A DNA stretch of 64,000 nt from Octopus bimaculoides (GCF_001194135.2 NC_068993.1:57129418-57193417), one strand, 5' to 3'; shown: positions 1-14,487, counted from the stretch's first letter. Numbers and translations: made by a program. Notes: generated by a model from the letters alone, not told the origin.

Positions 1-67
1 ATACTAATATATACTTTTGTTATTTACACCACCTGTCCTCGTCTGTTGTTATTTTTTGTATATTCTC

Positions 68-123
<56 letters not shown>

Positions 124-126
124 CTG

Positions 127-421
127 CGAAGGCTGCTCAATATATATCAGGACTAGTTCAATTCCGCTGTTTAGAGGCCTATGTAATGTTCCAGACAGTA
201 TATGGAAATATGGAGAGGAGTGTATGAGTCGAGCATAAGTGGACAAGTGTTTCAAACGTTTCCAAGATGGCAGAAAAATGTCGATACCCGTAACCAGCGG
301 AATTGAAAAAAGCATCGCACATATGCGTGCAACTGTGAGGGGAGATCATGGAATCACGATCCCTGTATTATCAGAGGATGTGCAGATTAGCTATAGTTCA
401 GTTCAATCCATTTTTACTGCC
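127..421 (+). mobile_element. Mariner transposase remnant, N-terminal HTH region
   Basis: One frame with a single stop reads KYGEECMSRA*VDKCFKRFQDGR...ATVRGDHGITIPVLSEDVQISYSSVQSIFT, matching the mariner N-terminal pattern YG..S...V..WF.RF..GR...DRRITI..LA..V.IS..S...I. A TIR-like start cgaaggctgctcaata lies at ~127. Confidence 0.8.
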
Positions 422-996
422 AAGACCTCCATTTTCTTTTCTTCTTTTAAATGGATATAAAATAGATGCTTAACGTATATCCAATGTTTTAAGGGAATTT
501 CGATTCTCAAGAATACCTCGTTTTGAACAAGTATTTCCCTGGATGCAACCATCCCTTCGCGAGGATAACACATCCTCTAATTAAATTACATATATATATA
601 AATGAGTATGCAATACAAAGGAAAAATATCAACTGTTTTCACATGTGAAAATGTGTACGTACTTTCTATTGTCATATGATATTATACGAACATATACGCC
701 AACATAAATACACACGCAAATCAAAGTTTCCCAGATATAGGTATACATAAGAACTCATATGCAAGCAAGAAAAAAAAACAACCTATATACATATACAAGA
801 ATACATACGTATATTTTCATAAATGTTGTAAATACGTATATTTATATTCATTGAAACGAATACCCGCAAATACACTTAAAACCTTCGCGAAAATGTTTAC
901 ACACGTGCATTTATACTTATAGAAATGTAAAAATACATTCATATTAGAATATACTGTACAAAAATTATATATACATGTGTTGCACATACATTATTA

Positions 997-1560
<564 letters not shown>

Positions 1561-1805
1561 TATGCATATATATATTCGCGTGTGCACATACATCACACCA
1601 TAAACATATCCGCTCTTACATTTGAGTCTCACTAATTATTTCAATATGCTTACGTATTTAAATGTACGCAATTTCCCATGATGCTGTCATCACATGTTGA
1701 TTTCCCTGTACATATGTCTGTGTATGCATCTGTGTTTCTCTCAGCACATTTCAGTCCGTGTTTAAAATCTCTTCATATGACGCCCCTCCGTCATTTTGAT
1801 GAGAT

Positions 1806-1896
1806 TTGGTAGAGGGTTCCAACACCAATGTCATCTACCTTGATTTCAACAAAGCCTTTGACAGGTATAATCATAAGAATCTCTTGAAAAAACTAA
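1806..1896 (+). mobile_element. LINE reverse transcriptase fragment (CR1/L2/Jockey-like)
   Basis: Reads VEGSNTNVIYLDFNKAFDRYNHKNLLKKL, matching the conserved non-LTR RT motif VIYLDF.KAFD.V.H..LL.KL. It is fused at ~1896 to a SINE-A 3' tail (to ~1952). Confidence 0.85.
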
Positions 1897-3487
1897 TTGA
1901 CTGGCCCCCTCCCCCAAAATCTTCGGGCCTTGTACCTAGAGTAGAAGAGAATGTGTGTTGGGACTGGAAATTTCACTTTGAAATTACGGAATACAACTAA
2001 AAGTATATGGACTTCTTAATTACTTCATGTTTTTCAGAGTTCTTAGCATTTCTAGTTGGTGATAATTATGTATGCCACTATCTTATTCTTTTTATAGAAA
2101 TGTTCCGCTTGATTCACATATACTAGAAAGATATTTCATTGTTATTAAAGACGAAACTCATTACTTCCTAGCGGAGTTTCATTGTTTTTATTTTCTTTTT
2201 TCATTGAACTTATGTAGTCGGGGAATCAAAAGCGTGAAAATGCTTTTCAATTTTTGAGCTCAGAAAAATAATTCTAATTTAAATTATAATATTTAACTAC
2301 AAAGAAATTGGAAAGAATGAGAGATAAGAAAAGAAAGAATAGAAAAAGGCGGTGATGTAAAGCAGCATTAGATTGAGGGGAAGGGCGTAGGGCCACATAC
2401 CACAGAAATAAGGGTGTGCTCAAATTTAAAATGCCTTAAACTAACTAATAGTGTCAGTGTCCGCTACAAACATTCTCAAAAGACTCTTTCAATATATTGC
2501 TGGAGGTTTAGACGTTTTCTAGGCTGCTATTTCCTATAAGTAATCTTTTGTATGGCACAAAACACACGTTCTGTCCATTAAAACGACAAAAATGCTGTAC
2601 AAGTAATTTATTTGGACGTCTTGTACATTTAAACACCTGGCATGTCAAACTAGTTGAAGTTTGTTTTTTTTATTGTGACAAAACGCAGAGCAACGGATGG
2701 CTAGCAGCGTCTTGCGTGAGACGTAATATTTTCGAGTTGGTAATATCGGTTTAGATATAAAACCGAATTGGAAATTGCCAGCTATATGTATTATTGGTGG
2801 ATGACCGACTATGGTTAGCATCATTGTTGTATCTAGGGAAGAAATATTGAAAGGAAAATCAGTTATAGAACACCTAATCGCCTGAGAGCGGAAAAAACGT
2901 CTTAGAAACTATATATGTTTGAAAACTTGCAATTTCCTACATAAATCATTAGGAATATCTATGGTTTCAACATAAACAACTGCCGACTTTAAGATAGTAT
3001 ATGGTAAATTAATAATATAAATTGTGGCTTAAAAGGAAAGTATGTAATTTGAAGATATTAGAATTAGTAGCAGAAAGCTTATGAAAGAATGTAGAAAAAA
3101 AGAAAGAAAAATGTTTACAGACGACGGATAAATAGAATGTGTTAGGAAGTCAATAAAACAGTTTTGAAAATAATCTTACTGAGGTAAACCACGTAATGAA
3201 CACTGACAAGTATTCATATAAATGTAAACATGTAAAATGTCTAAGCTAAGTAAAACAAATAAAAGTTAACATCGAAGATGTGAAAGAAAATATAAAATGA
3301 TTATTAGCGATAAACTATCATTCTAATCTGACTTTACTACTAGAAAAATATTCTGTTACAATGAAAACTGTGTCAATAAATTTTTCACATCGAAACAAAC
3401 TTTCAAAGTTAAGTAAACTTTGTATTACACAGAATTGCAAACAAATAAAAACGTTAGGAAACGAAATAATTTAATATGAATTAAATT

Positions 3488-3522
<35 letters not shown>

Positions 3523-4014
3523 NNNNNNNNNNNNNNNNNNNNNNNNNNNNNNNNNNNNNNNNNNNNNNNNNNNNNNNNNNNNNNNNNNNNNNNNNNNNNN
3601 NNNNNNNNNNNNNTATATAAGACTAATAATTTTATTGTAATATAAATTGTAATATATATATTATCTGTAGATGTGTGTGTCTTTCTATGTATATGTCTGT
3701 GCGTGTATATAATGATGTGTATGCTGTCTACGCAAGTATACAATGAGTTAGATATAGTCTTGCTTTAGAGAAAAACCTTTCGTTCGAAATCTGTATAGTT
3801 AGAATATTTTACAATCGGAGTGATATCTCGTATTTCAGACACCGTTGTTTTGGATTACTTTCGCTCCCACAGTGATGGGCATCAGAAGTCATGCAGAACC
3901 GAATAGGAACTTCCTGTTCAATATAGAAGTTAGGAACAAAGCGTTTACAGGAAGATACTTATACTTTCTTAGAGGACAAATATATTATTCTTACACAAGA
4001 ATGTTGCTGAGATT

Positions 4015-4055
4015 AACTTCGACGTTTCGGCATCTAAGCCATCCTGAAAATTCAG
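4015..4055 (-). ncRNA. Degenerate Penelope-type hammerhead motif
   Basis: Minus strand reads ttttc-AGGAT-GGC-ttagat-GCC-GAAAC-GTC-gaagtt. Stem II, GAAAC and the palindromic ACGU/GUC site are present, but the CUGA core is lost. Confidence 0.35.
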
Positions 4056-4056
4056 T

Positions 4057-4310
4057 AAGCATATGGCTCAGTGTCTTGAGCGGCAGACTCACATGAAGTA
4101 TTCAGTTCTGGACTGGGCTCTGTGTTGTGTTCTTGAGCAAGGCATTTTATTTCACGTTGCTACACTTCACTGAGCTGTAGAAATGCGTCGTGACGTCATT
4201 GGTGCCAAGCTGTATCGGGCTTTTCCTTTCCTTTGGATAACATCGGTAACGTGGAGAAGAGAGACTGGAGTGCATGGGCGACTGCTGGTCTGCCATAAAC
4301 AACTTAATGT
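4057..4310 (+). mobile_element. tRNA-like SINE family C with CORE-like central domain
   Basis: A-box-like gcatatggctcagtg, then gtgttgtgttcttgagcaaggcattttatttcacgttgct...agctgtagaaatg, which resembles the CORE-SINE domain (from recall). Confidence 0.7.
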
Positions 4311-4821
4311 TGGATTATTATAACGCCCGCTCTGGTATCGCAATATAATTAGTAACATAAGTAAAACCACGACTATTTCTGACCATCTACTGCGTACCCT
4401 CACTATCTCTATATATCTATACTGACCGACGTCATCTTGTTTATAGCGAGCAGCATATGCCATTCCTCACGTGGGAAGGGTTTACCACTATTACTATTAT
4501 CCTCACAACAGATATGTCTTATTTAGTGAATGGTGGTACAAAGAAAACATATAAAAAAATCTTCAAATGAATTTGTTTATTCTATGCTGATATAATTCGT
4601 ACATTTACTGTCAAGGACAAAGGAGACTTGGCACTTCTATTAATGCAAGATGCAAAAGAAATTTCACGCCCGTATTGATGCCTAAAACATGTTTATTTTC
4701 ACAGAGACATGCACTTACACGCGCATATACACGCTCCCACCATCACACGCACAGACTATGCACAAATGCACAGACAAAAACACTCAGACATGAACACGCA
4801 CAAATATATGTATATGCATGC

Positions 4822-4853
<32 letters not shown>

Positions 4854-6072
4854 ATATNNNNNNNNNNNNNNNNNNNNNNNNNNNNNNNNNNNNNNNNNNN
4901 NNNNNNNNNNNNNNNNNNNNNNNNNNNNNNNNNNNNNNNNNNNNNNNNNNNNNNNNNNNNNNNNNNNNNNNNNNNNNNNNNNNNNNNNNNNNNNNNNNNN
5001 NNNNNNNNNNNNNNNNNNNNNNNNNNNNNNNNNNNNNNNNNNNNNNNNNNNNNNNNNNNNNNNNNNNNNNNNNNNNNNNNNNNNNNNNNNNNNNNNNNNN
5101 NNNNNNNNNNNNNNNNNNNNNNNNNNNNNNNNNNNNNNNTATATATATATATATATATATGTATGACGTTATGAATATATATTTACATATAATAATCGAT
5201 ATGTTCGTACAGACAGGCGAGCACACACACAGACATGCGTACACATATATATATGTGTGTGTATTGGTGTGAAGGGGTGAGGATGGATGAAAAATTGCTA
5301 ACCAGTATAGGCTTATAAACTGACATATATTAATGTATTCGCTATTACCAAAGAAAAAAACACCCTATGCATATTTAGATGTTGGTAAGAACTATTCAAT
5401 GCAAAATTATTCACATAGCATATCTAGGAAAATAACTATAAATCTCGCAAATATTTAAAATTCACTAAAATTTTACACAATTACAATATAGTCTACATCT
5501 GTAAAATAGTTGAAACTGATCCATATGTAAATAAATAAATATACAAATAAACTGAAGATATACACCAGAAAATATTGTTGTGAAAATCTACAAGGATATT
5601 GATAAGCTGCCAATGAATGGTTCATAGTAGAAGAATGAACATATGAAAATTTAAGTTATGTAGAAATATTAAAATGAAAAAAATGGCCGTATAAATTATT
5701 GCTAGTGTAGACATAACAATAGACTATGCAACAATCTATTTCAAAATTTGTTAAACCGGTAGGCAAGTTATTCGGTTTAAATTAAAAGAATTTTGAAAGT
5801 ATTTTCTTTAAAGACTAGATGCCAAATTTTCAAATCCTCTTATATTGTGGAGCTGATTAACAATGTAATTGAAAGCGAAATCATGTCATGTTACTTCAGT
5901 TTCCAAATATAAATCTATACAGATGTGTTAACTTCACTGTTATGATTTTGAAATCAATGTGAGTGAGAATATATATTGTATTAAAACTATGTAAGTCCTT
6001 TGTAAGTTATTCCTTTACTACGCCTGCAGGAATGAAACTGTATGGAACAGCTGCAGAGAAATGTTAGAAGCA

Positions 6073-6305
6073 AGGCGGTGAGCTGGCAGAAACGTTAGCA
6101 AGCCAGGCGAGATGTTTAGCGGTATTTCGTCTGCCGTGACGTTCTGAGTTCAAATTCTGCCGAGGTCGACTTTGCCTTTCATCCTTTCGGGGTCGATAAA
6201 TTAAGTACCAGTTACGCACTGGGGTCGATATAATCGACTTAATCCCTTTGTCTGCCCTTGTTTGTCCCCCCTATGTTTAGCCCCTTGTGGGCAATAAAGA
6301 AATAA
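6073..6305 (+). mobile_element. tRNA-like SINE family A, full length with target-site duplication
   Basis: Head aggcggtgagctggcagaaacgttagc, B-box gagttcaaattc, central gaggtcgactttgcctttcatcctttcggggtcgataaattaagtacc. Flanked by gaaatgttagaagca (6058-6072) and gaaacgttagaagca (6306-6320). More than 15 homologues occur in the window. Confidence 0.9.
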
Positions 6306-6801
6306 GAAACGTTAGAAGCAGTGTCATGAGTCTTACCCAGAAGATAACCGGAAGAAGCTATCCTTACAATGGCGGGTCGGCTGGTAAACGCCTAAATTAC
6401 TCGCGATATATTTTTACTAATCACATTCACTGCTTTGTCTGGCATACAAATACCTATACAACTTATATATTATTTTGTTAAGCTATTCGAAGAGGAACAG
6501 GAGTTTTTAAAGTCTGTGCAGTGTGTCATGTGACTATTTGTATGATTAAAATTAACTATGTTAAATAAGGATCAAATTTAACAGGATATATTTTGTGCGG
6601 TAGAACAGTATAATTTAGCCATGACGCATGAATTTAGGATTTATTTCGAAAGCTGTATTTGCCAGGGAGACAGAACTTATCCTTGTCACCGACATCTTTT
6701 AAAGTATTTCTTGTATTACATCATCTCAACTTACATAGTATCAGTCTATGGGTAGTGTGCAACACATTATATTTGTCTCTTCGGCAAATAACAAAACTTA
6801 C

Positions 6802-7262
6802 TGTGCCGTATCTCCTTCCCCCAATATAGGTGATCTCAGCCTACTATTAACCAGGTGTTCTTTTGTGAGACAGTGGCCCTGGTAATGCACAGATAGGTGA
6901 AGTTCTTGTTGTTTGTAAAAGAGTCTTGTATATAAAGCACCTGCTTTTGTCAGAGTACTGTCAAAGAATCTTTCGTCTATACATCCTATGTCTAAAGAAC
7001 ATATGTTAGCAGCTGTGTTATCGAGAGGCAAAACTGCTCCTTCACTTACATTTTTAACGTTATTTTCATTTGACAAATGTTATATGTGGGAGTGTCTGAG
7101 TACTGTTTTTATTATTACTTTTCCCGCTGATTCGCTAGGATCGCCCACATTAGCACTCATCTCACATAAATGCAAATGTATTTTACGGCAATATTATTTG
7201 TATGTGGTAGTTCTGGACGATTTTTGTTCGTGTGGAGGTTTTGTTAATTCATGTTTCTTCAT
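6802..7262 (-). pseudogene. Candidate decayed coding exon: 153 codons with 2 in-frame TAA, ending at a GTAAGT donor
   Basis: ATG at 7262, TAA at 7196-7194 and 7082-7080, consensus donor ca|gtaagt at 6801. No recognised homology. Confidence 0.25.
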
Positions 7263-7544
7263 AATTGATCGGTGTCTTTAGTGAGAATGTTTACATTTGT
7301 TTAAAAAACAAAAAGTTCAATAAAACCAAACTAAAATTCGTCTGACATAGACGTTTAGCTCCATCTCGACCTTTTGTAGGTAGGCTTCCGAATTGCAGTA
7401 CTAAAGTAAGTTTTTTTTAAATATTATATATACTAGTTCTTATAAAACATCAAAACCTATTCGTTCATGAAAGTTATAGCTGTCAAAATCCAGAATATCG
7501 AAAAGCGATATGAAAACACGTCTGAACAGGTCAGCGGTGTACAA

Positions 7545-7655
7545 ACAACAACAACAGCAGTAACAACTAGAGCCAACAAGAACAAGAACAGCAACACCAA
7601 TAACAACAACAATAACAAAAACAACAACACCAACAACAACAACAACAACAACAAC

Positions 7656-7714
<59 letters not shown>
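7545..7714. repeat. (AAC)n/(AAT)n microsatellite
   Basis: Seen directly. Confidence 0.95.
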
Positions 7715-7716
<2 letters not shown>

Positions 7717-7869
7717 TTTTTTTCTAGAATTTCTAATTTCGAGTGCATGGCATCCGCAAAAACATTTATTGCCTCCACACAAAATTTAACTCGATGTTTA
7801 TAACTGGAAATTGCTAAATAGAATAATAGCATTCTAAGAGGATGTTTTACACGAAAACTAGAATATATT

Positions 7870-7911
<42 letters not shown>

Positions 7912-8443
7912 ACAAAGAGGAATACAAAAGCCTCTACAAAAAGCAATTACTATAATAACGCCAAACTAAGTCAATAAAAATATCAAAGAAACCAACAGTA
8001 AAAGTAAACATTTGTTAAAATCTACAGATCTTGAAAATTCCGACAAAGTTTAATTACTTTGCAGCACTTAATTGAGTCATGATAATTCTGGATGTATACT
8101 GGTGCCTGAGCTCCGATATTTGTAAGATTTTCGGTTATTATTTGCAAGTAATCTTCTAAGTACCTTTGACTTGGTATATCTATATTACAAGTAGATACAT
8201 ATATACGTATGTAAATACGTAGGTTTATGTGTGTATGTCCATATGTAGGCATTTACGTATGTATGTAATTGCATGTTTGTATAGAAATACATTAGATTGT
8301 GTATACATATAAATGGATATGTTTAAGAATATAGGTGTGTGAATATGCAAGTACATACTTAAATATATACATACATAAAGACATATATAGTTAGGCAGAC
8401 AGAGAAATAGCTAAGCTAGCTTGCTAACTAGCTAGCCAGCTAC

Positions 8444-8444
<1 letters not shown>

Positions 8445-8489
<45 letters not shown>

Positions 8490-8520
8490 GGATAGATAGA
8501 TAGATAGATAGATAGATAGA
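8445..8520. repeat. (GATA)n microsatellite
   Basis: Seen directly. Confidence 0.95.
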
Positions 8521-8799
8521 AAGGTAGGAGAAGTAGCTAGATAGAGTTAAAGATGGATGGATAACTACACAGAATCATATACACACATATATATACCTAT
8601 ATAGATGCATATATATATATCATAAAATACATTTGTCACCTAAAGGTGGTGGTCCTATAGGGGACGGTATTACTTTTGTTTTTAGCCTCAGGAAGACATC
8701 TCCAGCTGGTCAACGAAACACACACATATATATATATATATACTTACAAACATTCATATACAGGCATAATATGTCGGTATAAACAACACACACACACAC

Positions 8800-8847
<48 letters not shown>

Positions 8848-10210
8848 NNNNNNNNNNNNNNNNNNNNNNNNNNNNNNNNNNNNNNNNNNNNNNNNNNNNN
8901 NNNNNNNNNNNNNNNNNNNNNNNNNNNNNNNNNNNNNNNNNNNNNNNNNNNNNNNNNNNNNNNNNNNNNNNNNNNNNNNNNNNNNNNNNNNNNNNNNNNN
9001 NNNNNNNNNNNNNNNNNNNNNNNNNNNNNNNNNNNNNNNNNNNNNNNNNNNNNNNNNNNNNNNNNNNNNNNNNNNNNNNNNNNNNNNNNNNNNNNNNNNN
9101 NNNNNNNNNNNNNNNNNNNNNNNNNNNNNNNNNNNNNNNNNNNNNNNNNNNNNNNNNNNNNNNNNNNNNNNNNNNNNNNNNNNNNNNNNNNNNNNNNNNN
9201 NNNNNNNNNNNNNNNNNNNNNNNNNNNNNNNNNNNNNNNNNNNNNNNNNNNNNNNNNNNNNNNNNNNNNNNNNNNNNNNNNNNNNNNNNNNNNNNNNNNN
9301 NNNNNNNNNNNNNNNNNNNNNNNNNNNNNNNNNNNNNNNNNNNNNNNNNNNNNNNNNNNNNNNNNNNNNNNNNNNNNNNNNNNNNNNNNNNNNNNNNNNN
9401 NNNNNNNNNNNNNNNNNNNNNNNNNNNNNNNNNNNNNNNNNATATATATATATATATATATATATAAGTATGTATGTATTTATGTATGAATATAGGCAAA
9501 TATGCATTTGCATATTTACACTTGCATATATGGATATAAATGCACACACATATACAAACTCACACAATATTCAATGTTCAGTGTTCTACATTTGCAAATG
9601 GGGTAATTTCAAGATTTTCTGATTAATATCTTCTTAGAAATATATTAAATATACTCATATATGCACCCACTCATAGACGCTCACATTTACCTAAGTATAG
9701 ACGTGCTTATATGCATTCACACATATATACATATATATATGTATACACCCCCTCCATATATATTTACAAATATGCATATGTATATATTTAGATACCTACA
9801 TATGAAATATATGTTTATATATTAATCATATATAAATGTATGCACATACGTACAGAAATACATACATACATATATATGTATATGAATATATATATATATA
9901 TANNNNNNNNNNNNNNNNNNNNNNNNNNNNNNNNNNNNNNNNNNNNNNNNNNNNNNNNNNNNNNNNNNNNNNNNNNNNNNNNNNNNNNNNNNNNNNNNNN
10001 NNNNNNNNNNNNNNNNNNNNNNNNNNNNNNNNNNNNNNNNNNNNNNNNNNNNNNNNNNNNNNNNNNNNNNNNNNNNNNNNNNNNNNNNNNNNNNNNNNNN
10101 NNNNNNNNNNNNNNNNNNNNNNNNNNNNNNNNNNNNNNNNNNNNNNNNNNNNNNNNNNNNNNNNNNNNNNNNNNNNNNNNNNNNNNNNNNNNNNNNNNNN
10201 NNNNNNNNNN

Positions 10211-10244
<34 letters not shown>

Positions 10245-10693
10245 GTGTATGTGTGTGTATGTGTGGTGTTTTGATGGTGTGCATTAGCGTTAACTTCGTT
10301 AGGTTTTGATTATAAAACTAAAACAAAGTTCAAAAGTTGATGTCGCTGAAGTACAAAGTTATCAATGTAATATATCACACCTAGTGAATGGATTTATACT
10401 TTAATATGAGGACTTATAAAATTAGCAAAGCTATAATCATAATAATATTGATTTTTGATATTCGTAAAATGTACTAAATATTTTAATGAGAGGATGTGAT
10501 TGATTCAGACTTGTCTAACCTTTGACTACTACTAAACACATGTCTGCACACCTCCACCAGGTGAGGTGTGAACTAATAACAAGTGGGTAGGATTTCATAG
10601 TAAAACGTAAAGCGAGCTAGTGCAACGTAATAAGAAATTTACTGTTGCGTTCTACTCACATTTCGAACAGCCTTTTTTATATTGAGAATACAG

Positions 10694-10957
10694 TGGAGAG
10701 TCAATGGCCCTGTGGTTAGAGCAGTAGACTCGCGGTCGTAGGATCGCGGTTTCGATTCCTAAACCGGGCGTCGTGAGTATTCATCGAGCGAAGACACATA
10801 AAGTTCCACGAGGCTCCGGCAGGGGGTGGTGGCGAACCCTGCTGTACTCTTTCACCCCAACTTTCTTCCTGTTTCTGTTGTACCTGTATTTCAGAGGACC
10901 AGCCTTGTCACACTCTCTGTCACGCTGAATCTCCCCCGCTAACTACGTTAAGGGTAC
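10694..10957 (+). mobile_element. tRNA-like SINE family B
   Basis: Head tggccctgtggttagagcagtagactc...ggtttcgattcc has A and B boxes. The body matches the reverse-complement copy at 41967-42346 and the partial copy at ~53415-53510. Confidence 0.9.
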
Positions 10958-11259
10958 AATTAGCTTGTTTAAAGTTCGATAAGTTAATTTTTGAAAGCAA
11001 ACTAGCATTCATATAAATTCAAAATGATATTATTTTAACTCCCCACAAAATTATACGTGGAAATAAACGAACTATCAAATCGTTGATCTCTTTACTAAGT
11101 ACCGCCTATAATTGTACTCAAGTGGTAAGTTAGTAAATTTTGCTAATTAAAGCGAACATGAACACTATCATGATTTAAGTGAACCAGCTTCATCAACTTT
11201 TATGAATCTAGTTCAGGAGAAGGACCACGACGGCTGTTTGCAATTGCAATGGTGAGATG

Positions 11260-12060
11260 TATAGATAAGCTGAAGAATTTTATTCGAAAGTTAAACTCCA
11301 GGAAATTTGCAATACAGATGAATGAATCTCCAGTCAGGAACAGTGAGGCAATATTGCGGTCATTGATATCTGCAATAAATTTTTAAAACTATTTGAATTA
11401 CAATAAAATAGCAATATAAAAGAATATATCTTGTTTGGCAGAATGTTACCACTGATCTGATTGGCAAAAAGTGACTATTTAAAATGAATGACGTATTGCT
11501 ATTCAAAAAGTTTGCTTCTGTGATATGTTATTCACAGAGAAAATTTAGATGCGAAAAATCGTTTCACCTCTTTTAAAGTCAGTAATAAAATGTGTGACTC
11601 TATAGAAGCTTCTGCTAAATGTGAGTGTCTCTTTAAAGTGTTATGAGTTGAAAAACACAGACTATGTATGAGAGGTTTATTGCTTCACGCCTGTGTAAGG
11701 TGGCAGTTGGAGGTCAATTACCTGAAAAGCTATATAGATCTAGTTGATATTCTTAGTGAATTTTAAATGAACAAATCTGAAATGAATCTCCTATCAAAAG
11801 CTGATGGAAAAGATTCAATGAATTATTTGACAGAAAAGTTTTTAAAAAAATTGAATGCATTAAAAATGTAATTCCATCGCGCAAATATGAATTTATTCAG
11901 CGACAAGGGTGTTTGGTTTCATTAGATTTCTACAATTATGACACAAGAAAATATCCGCTGAAAAATATGTCCTTGTTACGTGGTAGAAAAATGTGAATTC
12001 ATTGATTGTGCTTTCCATGTTATTGTGGTTCATTTGAATATTCTGGCTTATGATTAAAAT
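11260..12060 (+). mobile_element. hAT (Buster/ZBED-like) transposase remnant
   Basis: Frameshifted segments KLKNFIRKLNSRKFAIQMNESPVRNSEAIL (cf. F.LQLDEST), LLLHACVRWQ (cf. LL.HTEVRWLS) and DGKDSMNYLTEKF.KKLNALKM*FHRAN (cf. YL.DIF.KLN.LN..LQG). Confidence 0.75.
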
Positions 12061-12439
12061 TACATACTTTCTAATGACAATAAATAAATTACTCAAAAAA
12101 TAAAATTAGCTTTGTGGGTTAGGTAATTTTTGTATTTCACCGAAATACAAAATAAGAAACCTCTGACTTATTAAAGGAAGCAAAAAATATCGACTGGATA
12201 TTAGAAAAATATGAATGAAACTGCATTTTTGCTTTAAATTGAAACCGTTCGTATTGAGCATCAAACTCAAGAAACTCATTAGCGTGAAATTATCATACAT
12301 TGAATGCACCTACTCAGCTCCTGCGATTTTAAAATTGTGTTGCTCAACTGAAAAAGTTTATTTCAGGGAAATAATAATGGTGATTTCTGTTTATTTTAAC
12401 TCCTATTAAATGCATTCTTATTATTGGTTTCCAATTTTG

Positions 12440-12560
12440 TCACAAGGACAGCAATTTTGGAGGAGGAGGAGGTAAGTCGATTCGATCGACTCCAGAGCTC
12501 AACTGATACTCATATCAACGATTCTGAGAGGATGAAACGTAAAGCTGAATCTCAATGGAA
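12440..12560 (-). mobile_element. Degenerate SINE-A fragment
   Basis: gtcgattcgatcgactccagagctcaactgatactc...gagaggatgaaacgtaaagc is the reverse complement of the SINE-A 3' half. Confidence 0.6.
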
Positions 12561-13326
12561 GCGTCGTAACAAAAACCAGCGCTGGCTATAAGCTGTAGAA
12601 ATATCCTTAACTAGTAACATCTGATTTCTCACTCGTTGAGAAATCTTGTTGAAGCTCATTTTAAATACACGATAATGCCTTAGTGAACAGATAACATTTG
12701 CATCAACCCTGGAGCATTATATGGACATTTCTTGATGGAATGCCTTTCTATTTCATACATAATTTCGCCAGTCCAGCGGAGGAAAAAAACTGAAAATTGT
12801 GTACAGAAGTATATATCAAATAATTTGAAATTATAAAATCGTGTTTACATCTCAGATTCCTGAAGACGTAATAGACTAACTTAATCTTTGGATGTTATTT
12901 ACTAACGTGAAGTGTTTTTATTTAACATATGATCATATCAAGACATGATGTGTTTAGATAGAATTTGCTGGAAGCAACGTAAATTATATATTAGATGAGG
13001 GTGTCTATGTAGAACTCCAAATACACATATACATATATCCTTACTCTCTCTCTCATACACACAGACACACACGCACATGAAATACATATTGCGTTCTACA
13101 TACTCAAACACGTCATTATATATCAACATAGTCAAAAGCAGATCTGAAGTTAGCTGCACGAACTTTCTAATAAAAGTATTAATCTACTGGTACTTCTAAT
13201 CATTTATTTGATCTTAGATAATTTTTGCAAAAATACTAATTTAAATTACGCATTTACACACGGAGAACCGCATATACATCCGAGGACACATGCACACAAA
13301 TGAATATATGTATATATAAATAAATA

Positions 13327-13385
<59 letters not shown>

Positions 13386-13817
13386 TTGTGTATATATGAT
13401 TATATATGCACATATAATTCTATGTATAAGCCTAGCTATACTTGTATGTACGGTTAAGAAAGATTTCGCTTTCTCTATGAGTTTTCGTGTGTGTGAGCAT
13501 GCTGTTTGAGTATGTATGACAGCGCTTGAAATATATATTACCGCCGTCTTTTCAATTACATCAACGTTATAAAGGTAAGTAAATAGTTAATTAAATTACA
13601 TTCTATGTACGAGTCTGTGCGTGTCTGTGTCCGTGTGGGACTCTGCGTGTAAGTGTGTGTGCGCGTGTATGTCTGATGATGGATATGTGTGTATAGGTAT
13701 TTATGCTTATATCTTTACATATATATATATATATATGCGTATATATGTATATGGATAAATACATGCATATGTACATGTATAAGGATGTGTATAGGTAAGT
13801 TATATATGCATACACAG

Positions 13818-13867
<50 letters not shown>

Positions 13868-14088
13868 AATCTATCTATCTGTATGAGTGCATATATAAAA
13901 TTTCTCCTTCTATACACTGTCTTACCTCTGATGTGTATTTGTGATTTGGCTAGTTTCAACAGAGTAAGAAGGAATTGTTTAATGATCTTAGGGTTACACT
14001 TACAGAATGGCCCATAGATTCCGGTTTAAAGAGGAGCGGGGAGGAAACGTTTGTCCAATTCTACAAATATCAATATATGTATGTGTAT

Positions 14089-14301
14089 AAGACGGTGGAC
14101 TGGCAGAATCGTTACCACGCCGGGCGAAATGCTTAGTGGTGTTTCGTGTGTCTTTACGTTCTGAGTTCAAATTCTGCCGAGGTCGACTTTGCCTTTTATC
14201 CTTTCGGGGTCGATAAATTAAGTACCAATTGCGTACTAGGGTAGAGCTAATCGACTGGCTCCCTCCCGCAAAACTTCGGGTCTTGTGCGTAGAGTAGAAA
14301 A

Positions 14302-14305
<4 letters not shown>
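14089..14305 (+). mobile_element. SINE family A
   Basis: Complete head, B-box, central domain and cttcgggtcttgtgcgtagagtagaaaagaat tail. Confidence 0.9.
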
Positions 14306-14342
<37 letters not shown>

Positions 14343-14487
14343 NNNNNNNNNNNNNNNNNNNNNNNNNNNNNNNNNNGTGTGTGTGTGTGAGTCAGTGTTC
14401 CTGTATGTATGTATGTATGTAATATTTGTGTGTGTTTATGCATTCTTCTTTTGTGCCAAGTTACTTAAACCAATTTAATAGTAAGCT

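Noticed and set aside
8058-8179. Minus-strand exon candidate IPSQRYLEDYLQIITENLTNIGAQAPVYIQNYHDSIKCCK
   Set aside because: Both splice signals are weak, the phase does not join neighbouring candidates, and the length is within chance.
10694-10770. tRNA gene (also at ~42280-42346 and ~54560-54620)
   Set aside because: A and B boxes are present, but there is no complete cloverleaf and each continues into a shared SINE body.
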